Below, piece by piece: positions 49,745 through 62,100 of a stretch of 64,000 nt of DNA. A program made the translations under genes and the position numbers. Under the pieces are notes generated by a model. That model was given only the letters and a program-made list of their open reading frames with translations. It made no database searches and had not been told where the DNA came from. The stretch's first letter is position 1. The number at the start of each line of letters is the position of its first letter. The DNA is from Podarcis bocagei. Lineage: Eukaryota. Location: the NCBI GenBank assembly GCA_964188305.1, contig OZ076890.1; one strand, 5' to 3'.

Positions 49745-51734
49745 TTCGAGCTGCCTACAGGCATATTAAAACATTTCCAGTTGGCTGAAAAGGTTTAAAA
49801 ACCATGTGTAAGAAATACCTATCTTTAACTTTTTTTTGTACTGTTTTAAACCCTGTTTTAGTTGTTCCTACGTAAGTCTGTTCTGCTGTCTTCAATAAAA
49901 TACCATGTTGTTTGATTTTTACACCAAGGCAGATCAGTCAGGATCAATCCACCAATGGAGGATTTGAAAACCCAACAAGACACTTTTGCAATGTGTAAGT
50001 AAACTCCCACAGTTTCATTTACACAGCCCTCTCTGTCTTTATCTTCTCTAATTTCTTGTTTAATTTTCTCTTGCTTTTATGTCAAAAGATGTCTAATTCC
50101 TGAATCCCTTCTCTAAAACTCTTTTCTAATCTCTTCACTGACCAAACAAGGTTTTGTTTGTTTGTTTAATTCCGGAGAGAAACTATCCCATTTCCTATGG
50201 ATTATCAAACGAACAAATAGCCTTATAACAAAAGTAAACAAAGTGAAACCGGCTTCTAAAGTCTTTAAGCTAAGGGCTTCTTATTCACTTCATTCTGAAA
50301 GTGATCCTTGCCTCTCTTATAGCAGTGGCAGTGACTTCTGATCACTTCTAATGCAGGCTGTCTCCCTCAGATTAGCTGGTCTTCATAATGAAATAATAAA
50401 AGCTCTCCTTAATCATCTCACCACCAACATGTTCTGGAGACCCCCAACACGCCAACAATACATTTTTTTAAAAAGGCTTAAAAATGTATTCACTGGTAGA
50501 CATTATATTCACTTTACCCTACAGCTGTTATTCTCTGTCCGACTCTCACCCAGATTCTATTTTCATTTGGGTTATTGGTTGCCCAAACTCAGTATTTATT
50601 TTTCAATAGTTTTAAAATCAAACATGAAATTCATGATTTGGGCCTTAAGCAAAGAAACCAACCCACAGTGCTGAGAAAACTGCAGAGGACTTTTTTTTTT
50701 AGTGGTAAATCAATACCATACATTTCCACCTCTGAACTTCTGCTAGCTGGAAGCATGTAATTATTTGAGTTCCATTGTTAGAGATAAAAACAAATCACAA
50801 AATTCAGATCAGAATCTGACTTTGTCATAGTTTATGACTATTTGGATTTGGGGTTCTGATTTGGGGTGGAGTCTTGTTCCCTCCCCACTTCAACTACCCT
50901 GTTTATTTGCTCATTCAGAATTAGATGGCCTGGGAGGGTGAATAAATTCACCATAGCAGGATGTATGAGAAATCTCACTGGCACAACAGCCTGAATGAGC
51001 AAATTTAAAGGAGCCCGTTTCCCACTGAGGATCTTATCGAAACACCACTGTTCAATTTCTTTTCAGCACCATCTTTCATCTGGAGTGCTCCTGTGCCCCC
51101 CACCTTCAGCAGCACAATATCAAACAGCTGGAGTTTCGGCAGCTCTGAGGATGCAGAGTTTTGAAGTAACTGGGGAAGCAGAGAGAAGCCATCCATTTTT
51201 GAGCAGTGAGTTGAAAATCTTAAAACTGTTTTTGTTAATCAGTCACTGATGTTAAATAGATGTTAACACTCTGGAAAAAAAGGAAGCCTTTGTTAAAGAT
51301 TCAATCGACCGACCCTTTTAAAGGTGTACGGACAAAGTATAAATTTAAATCACAGAATATACAAGCCCGGGAAAATAATGATTATAAAATATGGTAATCC
51401 TGCATGCGAATCTAAACAAAATTAAAGGAACACAAAAGAAGAAAACGTTCAGCCCTTCCAACATACCAAAATTCCCCAAGCTCAAAATCTGAGACGATCT
51501 GATTCGTTTTGATGAAAGGTAATTTTGAAATATAACTACTTCATTTCTCATCGGTATAGCAGAAATTATGTTTTATTCCCATTGTTAGACATTATAAGTG
51601 TTAGCAGTGATAGAAACAATAAGCTTTTATCTATATGTCGACAGGATATGAAGATTTCCTGGTCCCACCTTGTTTTACATATGATGTAATATGCTTCAGG
51701 CACACTCTTGCCTTCCAAGGCCGTGTCTGTACTA

Positions 51735-52061
51735 CAGTGGTGCCTCGCAAGACGAAATTAATCCGTTCCTTGAGTCTCTTCGTCTAGCGGTTTTTACGTC
51801 TTGTGAAGCAACCCTAGTAGCGGATTAGCGCTATTAGCGGTTTAGCGGCTATTAAAGGCTTAGCGGATTAGCGGCTAAAAGGCTATTAACGGCTTAGAAA
51901 AAGGGGGGGGCGAAAAAAAATCGGAACACTTGCAAGACGTTTTCGTCTTGCAAAGCAAGCCCATAGGGAAAATTGTCTTGCGAAGCAGCTCAAAAACGGA
52001 AAACCCTTTCGTCTAACGGGTTTTCCGTCTTGCGAGGCATTCGTCTTGCGGGGCACCACTG
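51735..52061. mobile_element. Tc1/mariner-pogo MITE, family B (opposite orientation)
   Basis: Reverse complement of 33153-33449, TA-flanked. Confidence 0.88.
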
Positions 52062-53379
52062 TATTGTAGTTTCAGATGCAAATCACATGCTCAGAAGTCA
52101 GTGTTAAAATGCTTGCATGCAAGTTTAAACCTCCAAATAACAAAGCTTAGATGGTCAGAATGGCATTTAAGAACATAAACTTTTATGAAGAACTCATCCT
52201 GTTTTAACTCATCCTGTTGCTGACATATGGAAGTGTTTACCTCCAAAATACCACAAAGAACATCACAGTATAACACACCTCTCAAGGGTGCTGTAGTAGT
52301 AAATTTCTTGCATCAGCGTGGGGTTGGACTTGAGGACCTTTGAATCTCTTTCCAGCTGTTAGATTCTATGACCCAGTGACTTCTCCTGTGCCTTGAATAG
52401 CTGTATGGTAGAGAGAGGTTTGCCAGGTGTTGCTTTCCCCATCATTTCCAAGTTATGGTGGGTGATGCTTCACCTATTGAATTTATTTCTACCATGCATT
52501 TAGCGAAGGCATGGGAATAGCCTTCCAAGCCAGAAGCTGGAAATTATTGTAGGGATAAGCTCCACCAAGGAGCTTATACAGGGCAAGTGTCAACAATGAA
52601 AACTCCAGTATTCAGAAGTTGCTGATATTGGACATTCTCTGGTATCTTAACAATTTGTTTTGAATGCAGAAAAATCATTGCCCTTCACCCACTTAAAGAA
52701 ACAACACATTACAACAGAAAGGGGGGGGGGACACAATATTGAGCACATTTCCAAGAATCCACCACGAAGATTGTACATACTTGTCAGACACCCTGGCTGA
52801 TTCACTTGTAGTTTACCTCTTTACTTTTGTTGTTAATCCTAGTTAATCCCCACTCCCACAGTAGGATTGAACCCTGGGAAGCTATACTGTACCAGAAAGG
52901 CAAGAAAAATCAGAGACTAGTAGAGACAACATTCTAGGTGTGAATATCTGCCCTGGGCTATTAAACTGATTGGCCTTCTAGAAGGCCATTGGAATGGCTC
53001 TCTAACATGAAATAACTTTGAACGGTGGGCGAGATGGTTACAAATTTTGGCATTACCTAGAACTCATTCCACACTTGGGTGTGTTCATATAGTTATTTAA
53101 TTTTTTTTAAAAAAGCAGATTTTCTGGAATAATCTCAAGGAAGGTGTCTGTGTACAAGAGACTTCACCCACCCCATGCATTTGAAGCTCATTAAGTGCAC
53201 CCTTGAAGCACACAGCTTCCCTCAAAAGAATCCTATGAACTATAGTTTGTTAAGGGTGCTGGGAACTGTAAACTCTGTGAGGGGTAAACTATGACTTCCA
53301 GGATTTGGGGGGGGGAGTCATGTGCTTTAAATGTATGGTGTGGATGTGAACACTGTCCCAATAGATGTTCAGTGTAGAC

Positions 53380-53516
53380 CAGTGTGGGGAACCTGTGGCT
53401 GTCTAGCTGTTGCTGTATTATAACTCACATCACCACTGACCTTTAGCCACACTGGCTGAGGTTGATGAGAGTTATAGTTCAATAACCACTGGAGGGCCAC
53501 TGATTCCCCACCACTG
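53380..53516. mobile_element. hAT MITE, older relative (other decayed copies at about 7236-7345, 9889-10025, 40787-40909, 62828-62960 and 63829-63900)
   Basis: GGGGAACCTGTGG...CCACTGATTCCCC palindrome. TSD GTGTAGAC/ATGTAGAC. Confidence 0.75.
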
Positions 53517-53790
53517 ATGTAGACCAGCCAAGATTTATCGGACTTGATCTTAAAAGCCTGCCAAACTCTTGTGGGCTTGCAATTCTGAACATACGTTGTT
53601 TCACAGAGCAGGGATCCATGTGCTACCTACCGTGAGAGGACTGCAAAAAGCTAGCCAGCAGTGCAAAAGTTTACGTGAATCTACTTTCAAGAATGGCCAC
53701 ATGTGAAACCCCACTAGTTAAATGAGGTTTTTCTATTCTAAGCAAATCACTTAAACACAACAGAAACTCTGAAGAAACCATAGAAATGTA

Positions 53791-54349
53791 CCGTATTTTT
53801 CGCCCTATAGGACGCACTTTTTCCCCTCCAAAAATGAAAGGTGTGTGCGTCCTATGGGGCGAATGCAGGTTTTTGCTGAAGCCTTGAGAGCGGAGGGGTC
53901 GGTGCGCACCAACCCCTCTCGCTCTCCAGGCTTGAGGATAACAGCCTGCATCTCGAAGCCTGGGGCGCGCTGCACAGCGCACCCCGGGCTTTGGTTCCCC
54001 GACCTGTTTTGGAGGCTGGCAGTGGGGAGAAGCGCGCTTCTCCCTGCCTGAAGCCCAAACCAGGTCGGGGAACAGCGGGATGGTGGCGCTCCGCCTCCCC
54101 GCTGTCCCCCGACCTGGTTTGGGCTTCAGGCAGATATCCGCAAGGCATGGGAGCCCGGTGGGAAGTCGCGCCAGTCTCCCAAGGCTTGCGGAGAGCTGCC
54201 TGTTCTGGGGGCTGGGGTCGGGGGAAGCTCGGGCTTCCTCTGCCCCAGCCCTGCGCCTGGGGGGGAAATAATTTTTTTTTCTTTATTTCCCCCCAAAAAA
54301 ACTAGGTGCGTCCTATGGGCCAGTGCGCCCTACGGGGCGAAAAATACGG
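53791..54349. mobile_element. pogo/Tc2-like MITE with GC-rich interior
   Basis: TA-CCGTATTTTTCGCCC...GGGCGAAAAATACGG-TA with subterminal repeats of GTGCGTCCTATGGG. Confidence 0.88.
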
Positions 54350-55299
54350 TACTTTAGGCCAGATTAGATTTTTCATCTGGTGCAGCGTTGTCCCACCTGA
54401 GAAATTCAACACAAATAAGGTGGCAAATTTTGAGTCCATTCACGCAAATAGAAACTAATACCAACATAAAAATAGACTTTCTCTGAATGTGAATACTGTA
54501 CATACATTCTTGTGTTTGTGAACAGTACAGGGAAGGAGGAATCTCTAACATGGTTCATCTTTATTCCCACCAATACAGTCTGGTTTTTTTTGTGCGTACT
54601 GAGGTGTTTCATATTTATATATCTTTAAAAAGTGTTGCCTAAACTACCTTATTTAAAATAATCACAACTGCCATCAAAAAGAGCTTCCACTCCAGTAAGG
54701 GAACAAAAATGTTGTTTTATCACCTTCCATAGAAAACATTAAAGCAGGGGGGGAAATTACTGCTTTAGGTCTTATTATTTGTTTTCCCTGGATCTTTTTC
54801 AAAGTTTTGATTCCTAGGTAATGCAAGTTAATGTGCACACAACTCGTGCCTTTTTTTGCAATGTTCTAGTGGTGTTATGTAGAAAAACATCTCTGTCTCC
54901 CATCCTAGAGAATCAAAGGCATGAAGCAGCTTTGCAAGCTGAATCAGTATCAAAGTCAGCACATGGAACTCACATTAATAAGGGAAGGTAAATAGACTAC
55001 AAGCTTGTTCATTAAAGAAAGTTCAGATTATAATCCCTCACCCTAAACAGTTAGATTAGGAGCGTAGGCTCATCTAAACTTCCACTTGTCCTGTGCCTAA
55101 AAAGTGCAGGTCCAAGTGGTTTCCCCTTTGCCTTGCGCCACTTTTTGCTGGAAAACCCGCTTTTTAGCAATAAATCAGAACAAATGGCAATTCATGGGAA
55201 GCCCTATTGAAGTTTGTTCTGATACAGCGCTAAAGATTGGGTTTCCTGGGTGGGAAGTGCAGGGCAAACAGAGGTGTGGCTAAGTCCTGAGTCATCATC

Positions 55300-55630
55300 A
55301 TCATTATAATTTATTATTTATACCCCTTCCATCTGGCTGGGTTTCCCCAGCCACTCTGGGCATCTCCCAACAGAATATTAAAAATAGAATCAAACATTAA
55401 AAACTTCCCTAAACAGAGCTGCCTTCAAATGTTTTCTAAAAGTCAGGCATTTGTTAATTTTCTTGACATCTGATGGGAGGGCGTTCCACAGGGCGGGTGC
55501 CACTACCGAGAAGGCCCTCTGCCTGGTTCCCTGTAACCTCACTTCTTGCAGTGAGGGAATCGTCAGAAGGCCCCTGGCGCTGGACCTCAGTGTCCAGGCT
55601 GAGCACTTCTTCAGGTATACTGGGCCAAGA
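55300..55630 (-). mobile_element. L2-type LINE 3' end
   Basis: The + strand shows TTATTATTTATACCC...GGGTTTCCCCAGCCACTCTGGGC and GGGAGGGCGTTCCACAGGGCGGGTGCCACTAC. A short related piece lies at about 80-178. Confidence 0.65.
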
Positions 55631-56404
55631 TCTAGCCTGTTTCCCGCTTAATATAAGCTGTGAGCCACATTTATTTGAACATGGATTCCCCAAACCATCT
55701 GATCCAAATTCTGCTTTCAGATAGGAACTCAATGGGGATCATGCGGTCAGGGAGATATTGCAAATACACCATCTCCGCGTTCAAAACCACTCTTATTTAT
55801 ATCAATTATTGGGCAAGTTATTTTGTTCTAAAATGGAGTCAACTTACTCCATGTTTTACTTTAAAATCTGACAACTAGTGGGATAACACAGCTCTTATCC
55901 TTGTTTTGTGACTGACTCTACTCATGGCCAGGTCATGGACTAAGCTATACTTGGAAGTTCTGAGACTACTTAGACTTTGGTTGTAGACCAAGTGAATTAC
56001 ATACTTAACCAGATGTCACCAGTTGAGGTCTGAAACAGTTTCATAAAAGTCTGGTGATTTTATTCTGGGTTTAGAAACCTTTATGTGAGTTGGAATAAAT
56101 TAAGCAGGATAGTGAAATAATGAGTTTTAGTCTTGCGCTTCACTATCAGTATCAGCCTACTAGAATCTCAAAGGAATCCTCCTCCTAAGATTTAGCCATG
56201 TTTTCAACCTCCTGTGAGGCTTCACTAGAAGTGGAGGCATGGGTGGATGGACATACAGCTCAGAGCAGTTTGGTAGGTTGTTCCCCCATCCCGTTTCTAA
56301 TTGCAAGATTTAATTTTTAATTTTTTTGTGGCCAGGTCTCATGATCTGAAGACAAAAGTGTGTAAGAATGCAAGAAGAGTTCTATTGGCTCAGATCAAAG
56401 TGTC

Positions 56405-57235
56405 AAGTGATACAAATTGGGGGGGAAACTTCAAATTTCACACATAGGCGCATGAGTCTGAACTGGCGGTGACAGATGAAACCTTGGAGTCTTAGCTCAA
56501 TGAAGTTGCTGACCCAGTGTGCAGCAGCTATGAAGAAGATAAATGCCATGCTAGGGTACATTAGGAAAGGGATTGAAAGTAAAAGTGGCAATATCATAAT
56601 GCCTTTACACAAATCTATGGTATGACTGCACTTGGAATATTGTATATTCTTCTGGTTGTCCCACCTCAGAAGGGATATTGTAGAGATGGAAAAGTTTCAG
56701 AAAAGAGCAACCAATGATCAAAGGGTTGGAGCAACCTCCCAATGAGGAGAGGTTACAATTTTAGGAGCTTTTTAGTTAAAAGAAAGGTGAGTAAAGGGGG
56801 ACAGGATGGTGGTGTATACAATTATACATTGTGTGCAGAAAGTGGACAAAGAGACGTTCTCTCTCTCTCTCTCATAATTCTAGAACTTGGGGACATCCAA
56901 TGAAGCTGAATGTTGGAAGATTCAGAATAGAAAAAAGGAAATACTTCTTCATACAGCGCGTTGGTAAACAATGGAATTTGCTCCCAAAAGAGATGGTGAT
57001 AGCCACCAACTAGGATGGCTTAAAAAGATAAGAGAAATTCATGAAGCATGCAGCCGGGATGGCTATGTTCAGCTTCCGTTCAGAGCAATATGCCTCTGAA
57101 TACCAGTTGTTGGGAACTGTAAGTGAGGAGAGTGTTGTACACCCAGGTCCTGCTTGTGGGCTTTCTGGTAGGTGACTATGACAACAAGTTGTTGGCCTAG
57201 ATGGGCCTTTGGCCTGATCCAACAGGGTTCTTATG
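56405..57235 (+). mobile_element. Degenerate CR1 LINE 3' portion
   Basis: Decayed ORF2 (AAAMKKINAMLGYIRKGI; RTWGHPMKLNVGRFRIEKRKYFFIQRVGKQWNLLP) plus 3' UTR (GGCCTAGATGGGCCTTTGGCCTGATCCA). Confidence 0.85.
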
Positions 57236-58029
57236 CCTAAGACTAACCTCCATGAATTTGTCCAATATCATTTTAAAGTCATTCTAAACCAATGACCATC
57301 ACCATCATGACCGTGAATTCCATAGGTCCAGGATGAGTTGCCGTATCAGATGGAGAAATCTGATTAATAAATACTTTCTTTTGTCACATCTACCACCAAT
57401 CAGTTTCACTGGGTGACCCTGAGAGTGCTTCTGGACAGTTGCTGTTTTCCAGTGGGATTCAATCACATACCTCCAAGGGCAGCTTGGGCAATTAAAGAGC
57501 ATTTGGTGCTCTTGCATAACAATCATTTCCCCTGCCATTGCATATTTTGTAAGAAGAAAAATTATGGGGAAACACACTGGAAAGTGTGGGATGACAGTTG
57601 CTTGACACAATGCTGTATAACCCTCCCAGAGACACATCAGAATGAATGGAATAGTCAGCGCTGTCTAACCACCCTGTGAACTTTGTGCAAACAAATCAGG
57701 ATGAATGCATAATAAGTGGCTCTTGTGGAAGTGGCCTCTTATGGGAGAAGAATAAATTCTATCAACCCTTTACAACCCAGCTATATGGGTGGGGTATAAA
57801 TAAATTATTATTATTATTATTAATTTCTAACCCTCCATCTTGTTTTCCACCTCAGCTGGCCTCCCCCTTGCATTACGGCCCTGTGAGGAAATCAGTGAAT
57901 GCTAGAAAGTTTGAATATAATCTAACGTTTGCGTAAACTTTGTGCAAGCAAAACTGGTCGACCGCTCACTCAGTGAACAGGTCCTTTGGACCTGCCTACA
58001 CTATCGAATTCCCTGTGCAACCTGCCCCC

Positions 58030-59191
58030 TCTTGTTAGCGTGCTACACCCTCCCTGTTCCTGTCCATAGCTTGTAATATGCCATAACCACGTTGTTTAAA
58101 TTTATAAACAAATAACTTAAAGATGCCCTGGGGAAAGACGCGATGGCCCTCAGTTCTACAATCTCGTATACGCAATGCACACCATTCAACAAACTTTCTT
58201 ATGTGCAATCGAGGGAAGCGATCCAAGGGGGCTTCTGTTAGCGGTGCTAACTTTCCAGGACAAGGGGAGGTAACTTGTTTAGTAGGAGCCGCATCTAGGC
58301 AACCTCGTGGGTCTCTCTCCACCCCCCCCCCCAACAGCGCGGCAGATTGTTCCGAGTGATCTGCCCTCTCTCCACATCCCTGCCTAAACAGCCTGCTGTG
58401 ATCAGTCTAGTGTGCTCTAAAAAATGAGCCTCCGCTATAGTTAAAGACGCTGCTCCTGACTCCCCCACTCGCCTCGTTACACCCCCTCCCAGCCCAGCAC
58501 TGATGAATAGCGATCGGGAGCTTTGACGGAGGACTGCCACATACCAACTGTAGAAAGCAAAGGGGTGGTATGGAGGGAGAGGGAGGGAGGGAGAGACCCT
58601 CCTCCTTTCTTTGCAAAACTTTTCAGCCCAACTTTCCCAGCTTCCGCTTCTCTCGGATTGGCGAGGCCGTGACGGGTGTGTGTGTGTGGGGGGGTCGGTT
58701 TTCCTCTGCGATCCTCTGTAACATCGCCTTCCCTTCTTTAAACCTCAGGTGCAAGAGGGCGATCTGCTCTCATCCCGCTCCGGACTTCTTCTGGGGGGAG
58801 AGAAGGTGATTTTTTTTTGAGTATACTTTCCTTTTTCTTTCCCCCCTGGCAGTTCCATTTCCCCCTTTCCCCTTCTGCGGCTCCTCCCTTTCCCCCTCCT
58901 CCTCCGCCAGGGGAGGCGGGGGCAGGACTGGGAGGCTTCGGAGCCGGGTTAGCAAAAAGAAGGGAATTGTTTGAGAGTTCAGTCATCCAAAAAACCTTCT
59001 TCCATATGGAGGCTCCGGCTGCCTCGATCCCAGTGGCTTTCTCGGCTCTCTGCAGTTTCTTCTTCCTCTTCCGCTCAGCTTTGTAGGGAAGCTGCAGACT
59101 CTTCCTAAAAGCAGCCTGCTCCCAAGTACAACAGCCTCCCTTTCTCCCTTAAACCTCCTCCATCCAGATTCTCAACATCAGCTTTATTTGG
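58030..59191 (+). promoter_or_regulatory. CpG-enriched promoter and probable (mostly non-coding) first exon of an unidentified gene
   Basis: Repeat-free and locally CpG/GC-rich. GC box GGGAGGCGGGG near 58910 and reverse CCAAT near 58657. Strong donor TGG|GTGAGT at 59191/59192, followed by about 3.5 kb of T-rich, repeat-poor intron-like DNA. Confidence 0.65.
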
Positions 59192-62100
59192 GTGAGTGCC
59201 TAGTTGAACTGCCCGGGCTGGGAGCTCCTCATTCTTGGGGTTTGGGGTTCTTTGTTGCTGTTTCTTTCCTTATCTTTAAAAACTCCCTTCTTTTCCTTTT
59301 TTCCTTTTCTTTTTCGGTAACCGCTCTCCCTTCAGCATCATCTTGGGTGAGGGAAGCAGCAGCAGCAGCAGCAGCAACAACAAAACAACCCCAGAGTTTG
59401 ATTTTAAACAAAATCAAACAAAACCGAGGAGCAAAATAAAGTCATAGGCTTCCCCGTGTAACAGTAATTTGTGGTGTTGGGAATTTGGGAGGACAGAACC
59501 GGGATGTTTGGTTGTTTTCCTTTTTTGCGGGGAGATGTAGGATGAGTTTGATAGTTTATAAGAAGTCAAGATTTTCCCATGGTTCTTTTAACTTTCTCTG
59601 GTTTGTGCAGGTTTGTTTTTCACTGGGCAGGTGAGATTTGCAGCCTGGCTGTTTCACTTTTTTGCCATCATTTTGGCAGTAATGGAGGACCTGGCAATTG
59701 CTCTGTACAATTCAGCTCCAGCTCTTGCCAAAAGTCCACCAGAGATTGCAATGTGTTTGGTTTTTTTTTTTAAAAAGGAAAGAAATGGGGAAATAAACTT
59801 TCTTTATCATCTTAGTTCAGGCTTGTAAGGCAATCTAGGAAATGCCTTGTAGCAAGCCTGCATCAGTAGGGTAGATTTATTTAAAAGTTTTTTAGAAACT
59901 TGAAAAGATGGGGGGGGCAGCATGTAAATGCTGCAGCATCTTTTGCTTGTGACAATGCAGGCTGCTGCAACATAGAGAATGCATGAATGAGTTTGCTCAG
60001 AGTAAACAAGTTTGTTGTCTGTATTTGCCTGTTCAACTGCTTATTTTTGTAAACTTTTTGTTTCCATCTTTAAATGAAAAATAAATTGGCGGTAGTAGGT
60101 AGGAAAGTATTTTAGAGGATTTTATATCTTAGATGCCTTGTTTTGGTTGTAAGATTTTGTCAGAGACTTGTGATTGAGAGGTAAAAGTTATTTGCAGAAA
60201 CTTCCCAGTTCAGCTTTTCAAAAGGATATTTAACACTTGCTAATAAAGTGGGGAGAATCCTCAAGTAGCAAAACTTATGTAAACACCTTGGGCATAATCC
60301 AGCTGTCGTTAAGCCCTTTTAAGATTTAGGGATTTCATTGGAAGAGAGTTCTGCACCTGCTTAATTCTCCAGTTGGTTTCAGTAGGTCAAAAAGGTGCTT
60401 ACTGTTGGCTGGGTTGTAACCTTGGTGTTCTTGAGAAATATTTCCAAGAGCCCTCATTTCTGAAATACTTCAGTTAATTAAAAACTCTTACTAACATTTT
60501 AGGTTTTTTTTAAATTGGATGTCCATATATTGTAATTGTATATAGCAAAACTATATTGATATTGTGCTTATGTTAAACTTGTAAAAGTTCTAGGTGAATT
60601 GGGATTTTCCTGTGAATTATGGTATGATACGTCTAATTTTGAAAAACTTCCTTGTGTTTTTTATGATCCCATCTCCATTACTTTTAAGACTACAAACCTG
60701 CAGCTCATCCTATATGTGTGTAAAACTCCCTATGAGTTTTTGGAAATTAAATATATATATTATAGTTTGTTTAAGCAAAGGAAAAATAAGGTAATATTTA
60801 TGTGAAAGATGCATAGCATAGCTGGAAGCCAAGAGCTGTTCACCACTCTCTTGTTTAGCTCTTCAGGCTTCCCAACCACTTTCTTAATGAAACCTGTAGA
60901 AGATGGTTATGTCCAGGCACAATGTCCTTGCTTGTAGCTAAAGAGTAAAGTTTAAATTGCATGTGGCTGTTTCTAACAAGGATTCAGATATTATGACAGC
61001 TATCCAGGAGATTTGTGTCTATTTAGGTATGGATTTACCTCACTGTGCATTGTGTAATGGAACTGAACTGTCCTATATCAATGCACCACATGTTCTGTTG
61101 GGGTTCATTGTGCAAAATTTGGTCATTGTTTTAATAATCAAATGTTTCCCCAGCTATTTCTATTGATGTCTGTGTCTGTGTCTTTGTTGATAACTGATTT
61201 TTAGAACATCACTGGCTTAGTCTGAAAGAATGAGAGTCACAAAATAGAGAGAGTTTTTATTGGTCCTGCATCTGTTGTTGAACTGGTACATACTTGGTGA
61301 ATAAACCTCAGAGGCACAACCCTTTTTACAGTAGAGTTGACCCATAAAGAATACCACCCTAACTACTTTTAACCAATGAAGAATATTATATATATATCGA
61401 TTGTCTTCCTTTTCAACCTAATTCCCTCTCTCACACACATATGTTGCTTCCTGTTAATAATAAACCCTCCCAGACCCTTTCTGTAATGTCTTCTGTAAAG
61501 TTTGCCACTTAGAAATGTAAATTCTGCTCCTATTAATTCTCCACTAGCTGCGGAGTGCAAGTTCCAGCTTTTACTATTGGCATTTAAGTCTTCAGTTTGT
61601 AGTTTGTTTCCAGTCCAGCGGTTCCACTGCAGTGACTAATGAAGGTCCACAATGTGAGAATGTGGCAGTTTCAAACAGACCCTAGGTCTTTCTCCCAGAG
61701 ATTGTATAGGGAAGGCATAGACAGTTGGGAGTTTGAGGTAGGAGTAGTATACATTCCTGCGTACAAAGCACAAGATCTGGAAAGTCTATTCCTTGCTCAA
61801 GCTGACTTCTATGATTCTTTTCTAACCCACAAACCTGTGATAACATATATCTAACTCATGAATGCAAATCGTTATAGCATTCATCACAACTTGCAATAAT
61901 AAATAACTGCAGCCACAATCATGTGAAAGAGAAGTTGTTAAACCAGTCGCTTCTGTTGGTAAAGAAAGGTTAGTAGTATTGAGATGCTGAAAATTTAGCT
62001 ACAGCAAAAGAGTGAGTCAGTTTTCTGATTGATTTACACCCATCTTTAATTCCTAGAAAGGAGGAATAACCAAAACACTTTCTTTATATAGGCTGGCAGA

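Noticed and set aside
53791-54349. CpG island with several ORFs of about 100 aa
   Set aside because: It lies entirely inside a TIR-bounded MITE, and the ORFs are GC-content artefacts.
58030-59191. Assigning a gene name to the promoter and first exon
   Set aside because: No coding exon lies in the window and I do not recognise the UTR. A BLAST or synteny search is needed.
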